Shown here: positions 16,370-23,535 of the stretch, piece after piece
Numbering within the stretch: position 1 is the first letter of the stretch
Layout of the letters: each line of letters begins with the position of its first letter
Origin: an uncultured Propylenella sp.
Lineage (GTDB): Bacteria > Pseudomonadota > Alphaproteobacteria > Rhizobiales > Afifellaceae
Length of the DNA: 32,720 bases
Direction of reading: 5' to 3'
Assembly (NCBI GenBank): GCA_964566475.1
Contig: CAZMJQ010000484.1
Location: forward strand, 1 to 32,720
The notes under the pieces: generated by a model
Told to the model about the DNA's origin: nothing
Database searches by the model: none
The model's input: only the letters and a program-made list of their open reading frames with translations
Made by a program: the position numbers and the translations under genes

Positions 16370-16882
16370 ATGGCCGCGACCGCCGCTCCCGCCGAACTGC
16401 CCGCTCCGGAAAACGCCGGGGGCGCCAAGTCCACGATTCTGTCGGTCGGCGCGATGGTGCTGATGACGCTCGTCGCTGCGGCGGGTGGCGCCGGGCTCGG
16501 GGTCATGCTCGCCGACGAGGTGGAGGAGGCGCTGCGCGCCAAGAGGGCCGCCGCCGAGTTGCCCGCCGACAATCTCCGCTTTCAGAAGCCGGCGCACCTG
16601 AAGGCTCTCCCGCCCGCGGTGACCAATCTCGCCGAGCCGAGCGACATCTGGATACGCATCGAGTCGTCGATCGTCTTCGACGATCAGGGGATCGGCACCG
16701 ACGACGTGCTCGCCGCCGAGATCACGGAGGATTTCGTCGCCTACCTTCGCACCGTCAAGCTTTCGCAGATCGACAGCCCGAGCGGCATGAACCATCTGCG
16801 CGAGGACCTGGCGGACCGCGCCCGCATCCGCTCCCAAGGCCGAGTACGAGACCTCGTTATCCAGACCATGGTCGTACAGTGA
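16370..16882 (+). CDS. fliL: Flagellar basal body-associated protein FliL
   Basis: 170 aa with one N-terminal TM helix (ILSVGAMVLMTLVAAAGGAGLGVML). It lies between flgH and fliP. Confidence 0.8.
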   Translation: MAATAAPAELPAPENAGGAKSTILSVGAMVLMTLVAAAGGAGLGVMLADEVEEALRAKRAAAELPADNLRFQKPAHLKALPPAVTNLAEPSDIWIRIESSIVFDDQGIGTDDVLAAEITEDFVAYLRTVKLSQIDSPSGMNHLREDLADRARIRSQGRVRDLVIQTMVVQ

Positions 16883-17637
16883 AGCGGCTGGCGTTCGCGG
16901 GACCGGCGCTGCTTGTCCTGATCGGCGCCGCTGCGGCGCAGCAGGGCGAAGCGGTGCCGGGCCTCGACCTGGAGGCGCTGCTGCCGGAAGGCGAAGGCGC
17001 GTTCACGGGCCGCGTCGTACAGATCATCCTGCTCCTGACGGTCCTATCGGTCGCGCCAGGTCTGCTCATCATGGTGACGTGCTTCACGCGCTTCATCGTT
17101 GCGCTCTCCTTCCTGCGCGCCGGGCTCGGCATGCAGAGCACGCCCGCCAACCTCATCCTGCTCAGCCTTGCGCTCTTCATGACCTTCTTCGTCATGCAGC
17201 CTACCTTCGAGCAGGCCTACCGCACCGGTCTGCAGCCGCTCCTGGAGAACGAAATCGACCAGGCCGAGGCGTTCGGCCTCGTCGTCGCGCCGTTCCGCGA
17301 GTTCATGCTGACGCATGTGCGCGACCGCGATCTGGAGCTGTTCCGCGATCTGGCCGGCGAGCCGCTTCCCGACGCAACCGAGGATGGGGAGGAGGTGGCG
17401 CTGCGCATTCTTATTCCGGCCTTCATGATCTCCGAGCTGAGGCGCGGCTTCGAGATCGGGTTCCTCATCGTCCTGCCCTTCCTCGTCATCGACCTAATCG
17501 TGGCGACGCTCACCATGTCGATGGGCATGATGATGCTGCCGCCGACCGTCATCTCCCTGCCGTTCAAGATACTGTTCTTCGTCCTCATCGACGGGTGGAA
17601 CATGCTGATCGGCGGGCTTGTGAGGTCGTTCTTCTAA
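16879..17637 (+). CDS. fliP: Flagellar type III export apparatus protein FliP
   Basis: A GTGA overlap with fliL is present. 252 aa with conserved segments SFTRFIVALSFLRAGLG, PANLILLSLALFMTFFVM and FLIVLPFLVIDLIVA. Confidence 0.95.
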   Translation: MKRLAFAGPALLVLIGAAAAQQGEAVPGLDLEALLPEGEGAFTGRVVQIILLLTVLSVAPGLLIMVTCFTRFIVALSFLRAGLGMQSTPANLILLSLALFMTFFVMQPTFEQAYRTGLQPLLENEIDQAEAFGLVVAPFREFMLTHVRDRDLELFRDLAGEPLPDATEDGEEVALRILIPAFMISELRRGFEIGFLIVLPFLVIDLIVATLTMSMGMMMLPPTVISLPFKILFFVLIDGWNMLIGGLVRSFF

Positions 17638-17751
17638 CTCAGGGATTGGACCTCCCCTTTGTATTAAACTTTACGAAAGCTTTGTTGGCTACGTTGCCGC
17701 TATGACAGGTTGAGCGCGTAAACGCTGCTCATAGGCATGAGGCCGCTCTGT

Positions 17752-17774
17752 CATGCCGGTTCCAGCCCGGCATG
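17752..17774 (+). promoter_or_regulatory. Perfect 8-bp stem, 7-nt loop hairpin in the flagellin leader (CATGCCGG-ttccagc-CCGGCATG)
   Basis: Read directly from the sequence. The 3' end of the stem is 33 nt upstream of the flagellin ATG at 17808. The hairpin is flanked by a longer-range TGACAG (17703-17708) / CTGTCA (17748-17753) pair. Confidence 0.5.
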
Positions 17775-17807
17775 TTTCCAAGAGTACTAGAGTGCCGGAG
17801 CCAAACC

Positions 17808-18731
17808 ATGTCGAGTATCCTCACCAACGTGTCGGCCATGACTGCCTTGCAGTCGCTGACGAGCACTAACAAGCAGCTTGAAGCCACGCAGGCGCGTATC
17901 GCCACGGGCCTCAAGGTCGGCAGCGCGGCCGACAACGCGGCCTATTGGTCGATCGCCACGACCATGCGGTCCGACAACAAGGCGCTGTCGACGGTGGTCG
18001 ACGCCCTCGGCCTCGGCGCCGCCAAGGTCGACGTCGCCTATACCGGCGTCAACGCTGCCATCGACGTCGTGGATGAGATCAAAATGAAGCTGGTCGCGGC
18101 CCGCGAGCCGGGTGTCGACCGCGGCAAGATCCAGTCGGACATCGCTGTGCTGCAGCAACAGCTGATCGACAATGCCGGCGCCGCCTCGTTCAGCGGCGAG
18201 AACTGGCTCTCCGTCGATTCGAGCGACGCCTCCTACAACGGTGGAACCAAATCCATCGTCGCCTCCTTCACTCGCGCCTCCGACGGCACGGTCTCGGTGA
18301 GCACGATCGACATCGACATCTCGAGCGTCAAGCTGTTCGACGCTGACGATCAGTCGGGCATTCTCGACACCGAGTTCACTACGACCGGCGCCGGCGCTGT
18401 CACCGTGGCGGTGACGACGCTCGACATCACGGCCACCGACGTCGACGACACCGACCTTGACGAGATGATCTCGGCTGTCGATGCCGCCCTCGCCTCGATG
18501 ACCACCGCTGCGAGCGATCTCGGCGCCGCCAAGAAGCGCGTCGGCCTGCAGCAGGACTTCGTCGGCAAGCTGATGGACTCCATCGAGCGCGGCGTCGGCC
18601 AGCTGGTGGATGCGGACATGACCGAGGAATCGACCCGCCTCCAGGCTCTGCAGGTTCAGCAGCAGCTCGGCATCCAGGCGCTGTCGATCGCCAACACCAA
18701 CAGTCAGAACATCCTCTCGCTCTTCCGCTAG
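17808..18731 (+). CDS. fla: Flagellin (rhizobial/alphaproteobacterial type)
   Basis: The N-terminus is MSSILTNVSAMTALQSLTSTNKQLEATQARIATGLKVGSAADNAAYWSIATTMRSDN and the C-terminus is TRLQALQVQQQLGIQALSIANTNSQNILSLFR. 307 aa. It is the only flagellin gene in the window. Confidence 0.95.
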   Translation: MSSILTNVSAMTALQSLTSTNKQLEATQARIATGLKVGSAADNAAYWSIATTMRSDNKALSTVVDALGLGAAKVDVAYTGVNAAIDVVDEIKMKLVAAREPGVDRGKIQSDIAVLQQQLIDNAGAASFSGENWLSVDSSDASYNGGTKSIVASFTRASDGTVSVSTIDIDISSVKLFDADDQSGILDTEFTTTGAGAVTVAVTTLDITATDVDDTDLDEMISAVDAALASMTTAASDLGAAKKRVGLQQDFVGKLMDSIERGVGQLVDADMTEESTRLQALQVQQQLGIQALSIANTNSQNILSLFR

Positions 18732-18753
18732 GAACACTGAGAGAGACTCATCG

Positions 18754-18782
18754 AGCCGCGCCCTTCGGGGCGCGGCTTTTCT
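18754..18782 (+). terminator. Rho-independent terminator after the flagellin gene
   Basis: The stem GCCGCGCCC (18755-18763), loop TTCG and stem GGGCGCGGC (18768-18776) are followed by TTTTCT. Confidence 0.85.
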
Positions 18783-18788
18783 GCTTGC

Positions 18789-18802
18789 AATCCTCGCACA
18801 AG
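18789..18802 (+). promoter_or_regulatory. Weaker copy of the flagellar box (AATCCTCGCACAAG) upstream of fliF
   Basis: The ACAAG core ends 47 nt before ATG 18850. The box lies immediately downstream of the flagellin terminator. Confidence 0.35.
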
Positions 18803-18849
18803 GTTAGCCGCCCACACTGGCGTTGAAAGCCAGGATACGCAGGGTGGCG

Positions 18850-20475
18850 ATGAGCGGTTTGGAGCAGGCGGATCGGCTCGTTAAGAGCCTGCTTGGACTT
18901 GGGCCGCGGCGTCTGGCGGCCCTCGCCATCATGGGCGTCACCATCTTCGCCGTGGTCATCCTCGGCGGCGTCTATCTCAGCCGGCCGCAGCTCGACGTGC
19001 TCTACTCCGGGCTGGAGCGGGAGGACGTGACGCGGATCGGCGCGGCGCTGAACGAGGCCGGCATCGCGTTCGACGTGAACTCCGACGGAACGGCGGTTCT
19101 CGTCAGCTACGGGCAGACCGCGACGGCGCGCATGCTTCTCGCCGAGAAGGGCCTGCCGCAGAGCGCCAATGCCGGCTACGAGCTCTTCGACCAGATGGGA
19201 TCCTTCGGTCTCACTTCCTTCATGCAGGAGGTGACGCGCGTGCGCGTGCTGGAGGGCGAGATCGCCCGCACCATCCAGTCGCTCAGCGGCGTGAAGGCGG
19301 CGCGGGTGCATATCGTCGCCCCGGATGAAGGCTCCTTCCGCCGTGTGCGGCGTCCCCCTTCCGCGTCGGTTGTCATCCGCACCGAGACGCGGGACGACGC
19401 CAGCACGGCACAGTCGATCCGCCATCTCGTCGCCGCCGCGGTGCCCGGCATGACGCCGAACGAAGTGACGGTGCTTAACAGCGACGGCGTGCTGCTCGCG
19501 TCGGGCGACGACACAGAAGCCGCCGCTCCCGGCCGGCTGATGAACCTGGAGCAGGCGGTCAGCAACGATGTCCGCAACAAGGTGCGCGAGAGCCTGACGC
19601 CCTATCTCGGGCTCGGCAACTTCCAGGTCAGCGTGACCGCGCGCCTGAACACGGACAGGCAGCAGATCACCGAGACGATCTACGATCCCGATTCGCGCGT
19701 GGAGCGCTCCGTGCGCGTCGTGAAGGAGAACGAGTCCTCCAACAACTCCAGCCGGAGCGCCGCGACGAGCGTGGAGCAGAACCTGCCGGACGCGGCGGGG
19801 CCGGAGGGCGGCGAGAACTCGAGCTCCTCCAATGAACGCCGCGAGGAGATCACCAACTATGAGCTCTCCACCAAGACGGTGAACACGGTGAGCGACGGGT
19901 TCGGTGTGGAGAATCTCTCCATCGCCGTCCTCGTCAACCGCGCACAGGTCGCCGGTGGGGCGGACCCCACCGAGGAGGAGATCGCGCGGCGGCTCGCGGA
20001 GATCGAGGAACTCGTCGCAACGGCTGCGGATGTGCGCGTCGGGCGTGGCGATCAGATCAAGGTGCTCGCGGTCGAGTTCGCCGGGGCCTCGCAGCAGCTG
20101 GAGCCGGTTCCCCCGGTCGGCATGACGGAGCTGCTGGTGCGGCAGCTCGGCACGCTCGTCAACGCCGCGACCATCTTCGTCGTCGCCCTCATGCTCATCT
20201 GGTTCGGCCTGAGGCCGGCGACGCGCGCCATCCTCGCCAGGCCGGCCGCGCCCGAAACGCCCGCCCTGGCCGCATCAGAGAGAAACCCCGCGCTGGCGCT
20301 CGAGGATGGGCATGCGGATGATTTCGCTCATGCAGCGGAGGGGAGTCTCATCGACGACCTTACTGTCCAGCTGAAGAAGTCCCCGCGCAAGAAGCTGGAG
20401 CAGATGGTCCGCTTCAACGACGAGCAGTCCGCCGCGATCCTCAAGCGCTGGATCCATGAGGGGGCGCGGACCTGA
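18850..20475 (+). CDS. fliF: Flagellar MS-ring protein FliF
   Basis: 541 aa from ATG 18850; the listed ORF starts at TTG 18823. An N-terminal TM helix is followed by YSGLEREDVTRIGAALNEAGIAFDV, YELFDQMGSFGLTSFMQEV and a C-terminal TM helix. Confidence 0.92.
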   Translation: MSGLEQADRLVKSLLGLGPRRLAALAIMGVTIFAVVILGGVYLSRPQLDVLYSGLEREDVTRIGAALNEAGIAFDVNSDGTAVLVSYGQTATARMLLAEKGLPQSANAGYELFDQMGSFGLTSFMQEVTRVRVLEGEIARTIQSLSGVKAARVHIVAPDEGSFRRVRRPPSASVVIRTETRDDASTAQSIRHLVAAAVPGMTPNEVTVLNSDGVLLASGDDTEAAAPGRLMNLEQAVSNDVRNKVRESLTPYLGLGNFQVSVTARLNTDRQQITETIYDPDSRVERSVRVVKENESSNNSSRSAATSVEQNLPDAAGPEGGENSSSSNERREEITNYELSTKTVNTVSDGFGVENLSIAVLVNRAQVAGGADPTEEEIARRLAEIEELVATAADVRVGRGDQIKVLAVEFAGASQQLEPVPPVGMTELLVRQLGTLVNAATIFVVALMLIWFGLRPATRAILARPAAPETPALAASERNPALALEDGHADDFAHAAEGSLIDDLTVQLKKSPRKKLEQMVRFNDEQSAAILKRWIHEGART

Positions 20476-21089
20476 TGCCGCTCCCCGCGGCGGCGCACCT
20501 CATCGAGTTTCCGCTCGCGCCGAAGGCCGGCTGCGAGCGCGGGCCCGCACCTGCGCAGATGCCTCGCGGCCAGGAGCACGAGGTCGGTTCAACCGGCGCG
20601 GCCGAGGACGCGCTCGCGCGCGGACGCGAGGAAGGGCTTGCAGCAGGGCGCGCCGAGTACGCCGCGAAGCTTGACGAGGAGCGCGCCGCGGCGGGCGCAC
20701 GACTCGCCGAGGAGCGAGCGGCGTGGGCCTCGGAGGAGGGTGCCCGTCTCGGCGACGCGATCGGCGCGGCTTTCCAGGTGCTGGAGGAAACGGTCGGCGA
20801 TGCCGTGGCCGCCATTCTCTCTCCGGTCCTTCAGGACGCGCTGCGCGCCCGCGCCGTCGACGAACTGGCCAGCACCCTGAGGAGGCTGATGGCCAGCGAC
20901 CAGCGGATCCTTCGAATCAGCGGTCCGGAGGACCTGCTTGAGGCGCTGCGCGGGAGGCTCTGCGGAGACATCTCGGCGATCGCCTTCGAGGCGGCGGAGG
21001 AAATCGACGTACATGTGGTTGCCGAGCAGACGATCATCGAGACGCAGCTCAGGGTTTGGATGACGCGGATCGACGGCCGGAGCGGATGA
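20475..21089 (+). CDS. Uncharacterised E/A/R-rich protein, possibly a FliH-like export ATPase regulator
   Basis: A TGATG overlap with fliF and an ATGA overlap with motB are present. 204 aa. A glycine repeat with period 4 (ARGREEGLAAGRAEY) is followed by the charged helix AAKLDEERAAAGARLAEERAAW. GC3 is high throughout. No annotated fliH appears elsewhere in the window. Confidence 0.6.
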   Translation: MPLPAAAHLIEFPLAPKAGCERGPAPAQMPRGQEHEVGSTGAAEDALARGREEGLAAGRAEYAAKLDEERAAAGARLAEERAAWASEEGARLGDAIGAAFQVLEETVGDAVAAILSPVLQDALRARAVDELASTLRRLMASDQRILRISGPEDLLEALRGRLCGDISAIAFEAAEEIDVHVVAEQTIIETQLRVWMTRIDGRSG

Positions 21090-22357
21090 CGCTGATGGCT
21101 GATGCCGAACAGGACATCCGGGATATCATCATCATCCGGCGGCACGCGTCGACGGAGGCGGAGCAGGTCAAGGGCGGCGTCTGGAAGATCGCGTTCGCTG
21201 ATTTCATGACGGCCATGATGTGCTTCTTCCTCGTCATGTGGCTCATCAACGCGGCGAACGAGGATACGCGGCAGGCGGTCGCGAGCTACTTCAATCCGAT
21301 GCGGCTCGCAGAGCTCAATCGCAAAGGCGTCGCGGACCCGCACGTCACCGGCATCAACACGCCGCAGCGCGGCGATCCCGCCGAGGAGGCAGGCGAAGTT
21401 GGCGGCAGCTCGGGCGGCGACGCAGCCGCCGACCTCACGCGTGACGCGCTCTTCCGCGACCCATACGGCGTGCTGTCGGATATCGCCGCCGAAGCCGAGG
21501 AGAAAGCGGCGGAAGCGCAGGAAGCACCTCCACTTCCGCCCCCGCCGGCGTTGACGGAGAATCTCCGCGATCTGTTCGATCCCGTGGCCGAAGGGACCGG
21601 ATCGAGTGCCATCGCCGCCCCGGGCGGGGCCGACCGGACGGAGTTGGAGACGGCTCTCGCCCACGGCCAGGCAGTCGAGGTGCGCCCCGGGCCGACACCG
21701 CCGGGACGCGAGCGGCCGGCAGAGGCACAGCGCGGCTCGTCACCGGCCGGCGAAGAGATATCCCGGCCCGAGGAAGCGGCCGAAGCCGCGCCATCCGCCG
21801 ATCCGCTGCCGATGTCTTCTCCGCCAGGTGCCGCGCCGCCTGCGGATGTGGCCATCGCGAACACGCCTCCTCAGCTGCCGGAGACGTCGCCCGTTCCGGA
21901 ACGCCTGCCGGAGATCGAGCGACAGATCGCCGAGGCAACGGAAGGCGAGGGAGGGCGGAGCCCGGGGGTCACGGTGGAACGTACCGGCGGCGGCGTCCTG
22001 ATCAGCCTGACCGACGAAGCCCAGTTCGGAATGTTCGCGATCGGCTCGGCGGAGCCGCAGCCGCAGATGATCCGCATCATGGAGCGGATCGCCGAGGTTC
22101 TCAGAACGCGGCCCGGCGGCGTTACCATCCGCGGCCATACCGACGGGCGCCCGTTCCGCAGCGAAACCTACGACAACTGGCGGCTCTCCACCGACCGTGC
22201 GCAAATGGCCTATTACATGCTCGTACGCGGCGGTCTCGACGAGCGCCGCGTGGCGGCGATCGAAGGCTATGCCGACCGCAAGCTGAAGGCGCCCGAGGAT
22301 CCCGAAGCCGCGGAAAACCGGCGGATCGAGATATTCCTTCGCGAGGACACGCCGTGA
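21086..22357 (+). CDS. motB: Flagellar motor stator protein MotB with a long Pro/Ala/Glu-rich periplasmic linker
   Basis: The TM plug region WKIAFADFMTAMMCFFLVMWL contains the conserved Asp. The C-terminal OmpA-like domain is TIRGHTDGRPF...WRLSTDRAQMAYYML...NRRIEIFL. 423 aa from ATG 21086. Confidence 0.9.
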   Translation: MTLMADAEQDIRDIIIIRRHASTEAEQVKGGVWKIAFADFMTAMMCFFLVMWLINAANEDTRQAVASYFNPMRLAELNRKGVADPHVTGINTPQRGDPAEEAGEVGGSSGGDAAADLTRDALFRDPYGVLSDIAAEAEEKAAEAQEAPPLPPPPALTENLRDLFDPVAEGTGSSAIAAPGGADRTELETALAHGQAVEVRPGPTPPGRERPAEAQRGSSPAGEEISRPEEAAEAAPSADPLPMSSPPGAAPPADVAIANTPPQLPETSPVPERLPEIERQIAEATEGEGGRSPGVTVERTGGGVLISLTDEAQFGMFAIGSAEPQPQMIRIMERIAEVLRTRPGGVTIRGHTDGRPFRSETYDNWRLSTDRAQMAYYMLVRGGLDERRVAAIEGYADRKLKAPEDPEAAENRRIEIFLREDTP

Positions 22358-23535
22358 GACGCCGCCTGCGTTCGCTGCTTGCCGCCGTCTCGGTTCTTGC
22401 GGCCAGCTCCCTGGCTGCAATGGCGCAAGGGCCCTCAGATCCGGTGAAGCTCGTCCGGACGCTGGAGCTCCTGCAGGACTCCATTGCGCACGGCACAGGG
22501 GCTCCCGAGGATGGGCGGCGAAAGCTGATCGACGTCATCGGAGAGAGCTTCCTGTCGGCCGATCCGAATACGTGGCTCGACGAGAGGAACGCCGACGCTG
22601 CTCTGCTCTATGTCCTGAACGGCGGCCACCCCGTCGTGCTGACGCGGCTTCCGTCGAGCGAGGAAGGCAGCGCGCGGGTGCAGCTGGTCGCGGCGGTTGC
22701 AGCTTACGCCGCCGGATCGCGGACTGCGGCGATGCAGCTGTGGGACGAAATCGATCTGGCGACCCTGCCGGCAGGCCTTGCCGGCGCCGCGGCGCTGGCG
22801 CAGGCAAATCTCGTGATGGAAACGCAACCGGAGCGCGCCTTGCGCCTCGTCGACATTGCGCGGTTGGAATCGCCCGGGACCCTGGTGGAGGAAGCCGCTA
22901 CACGGCGGGGGCTCGAGCTTGCCAAGAGGCTCGGCAAGCCTGACAGGTTCGAGTTCTACGCCGTCGCATACATCTCCCGCTTCCCGCGTTCGCCGTACAA
23001 TGCAGCCTTCCGGCGGCTCCTGTCGCAGTCCTATCTCGAGCTGGTCGCAACGCCGGAAGCCGCGCCCAGGCTCGACTCGATCCTCGCAGTCCTGCCCGCC
23101 GAGGACCGGATCGGAATGTATCTCGACGTGGCCCGGTTGGCGGTAGTCGGGGCGGAGATGGCGCTTGCCTCGACCTTCGCCGAGACGGCGCTCGGCTTGT
23201 CTCAACCGGACACGACGGAGATGCTGCGAGCCGAGCTCTATCGCATGGCCGCCGCCGCCTTCATCGGCGATCCCGTTGCGGCCCGAAGGCGCCTGGAAGA
23301 GCTGCGGTCGGCGGACATCCCGCGAAACGACCGCGAGCTGCTGAGCGCCGTGCTGTCCGTGGTCGAGCAGGTTCAGCGATGGCCGACGGCGGAAGGCGGC
23401 GCGAAGCCGCCGCCGGCGGACGAGGCCGGACGCGAGGCGGCCGGCGCCGGCTCGGTGCCCGTCGATGGCGTCCTGACACGAGGCGAGGCGGCGTTGGCGT
23501 CGGCTGCGCGTATCCTTGAGGAGGCGGAGCGTTGA
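22354..23535 (+). CDS. motC: Periplasmic motility protein MotC
   Basis: A GTGA overlap with motB is present. It has a signal peptide (LLAAVSVLAASSLAAMAQ). The position between motB and fliK matches the motB-motC-motD(fliK) order in Sinorhizobium and Agrobacterium. 393 aa. Confidence 0.7.
   Translation: MRRRLRSLLAAVSVLAASSLAAMAQGPSDPVKLVRTLELLQDSIAHGTGAPEDGRRKLIDVIGESFLSADPNTWLDERNADAALLYVLNGGHPVVLTRLPSSEEGSARVQLVAAVAAYAAGSRTAAMQLWDEIDLATLPAGLAGAAALAQANLVMETQPERALRLVDIARLESPGTLVEEAATRRGLELAKRLGKPDRFEFYAVAYISRFPRSPYNAAFRRLLSQSYLELVATPEAAPRLDSILAVLPAEDRIGMYLDVARLAVVGAEMALASTFAETALGLSQPDTTEMLRAELYRMAAAAFIGDPVAARRRLEELRSADIPRNDRELLSAVLSVVEQVQRWPTAEGGAKPPPADEAGREAAGAGSVPVDGVLTRGEAALASAARILEEAER

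Noticed and set aside
15644-16837. 397-aa minus-strand ORF
   Set aside because: It is antisense to flgH and fliL and is a GC-rich shadow frame.
17664-17704. Sigma-28-like flagellin promoter (TAAACTTT at 17665 or GAAAGCTT at 17675, with GCCGCTAT at 17696)
   Set aside because: The spacing does not fit TAAA-N15-GCCGATAA, being 27 nt or 17 nt between the elements. I also cannot tell whether this organism has FliA. It is left as untested and not annotated.
17787-18737. 316-aa minus-strand ORF
   Set aside because: It is an exact antisense shadow of the flagellin gene, whose termini are unmistakable.
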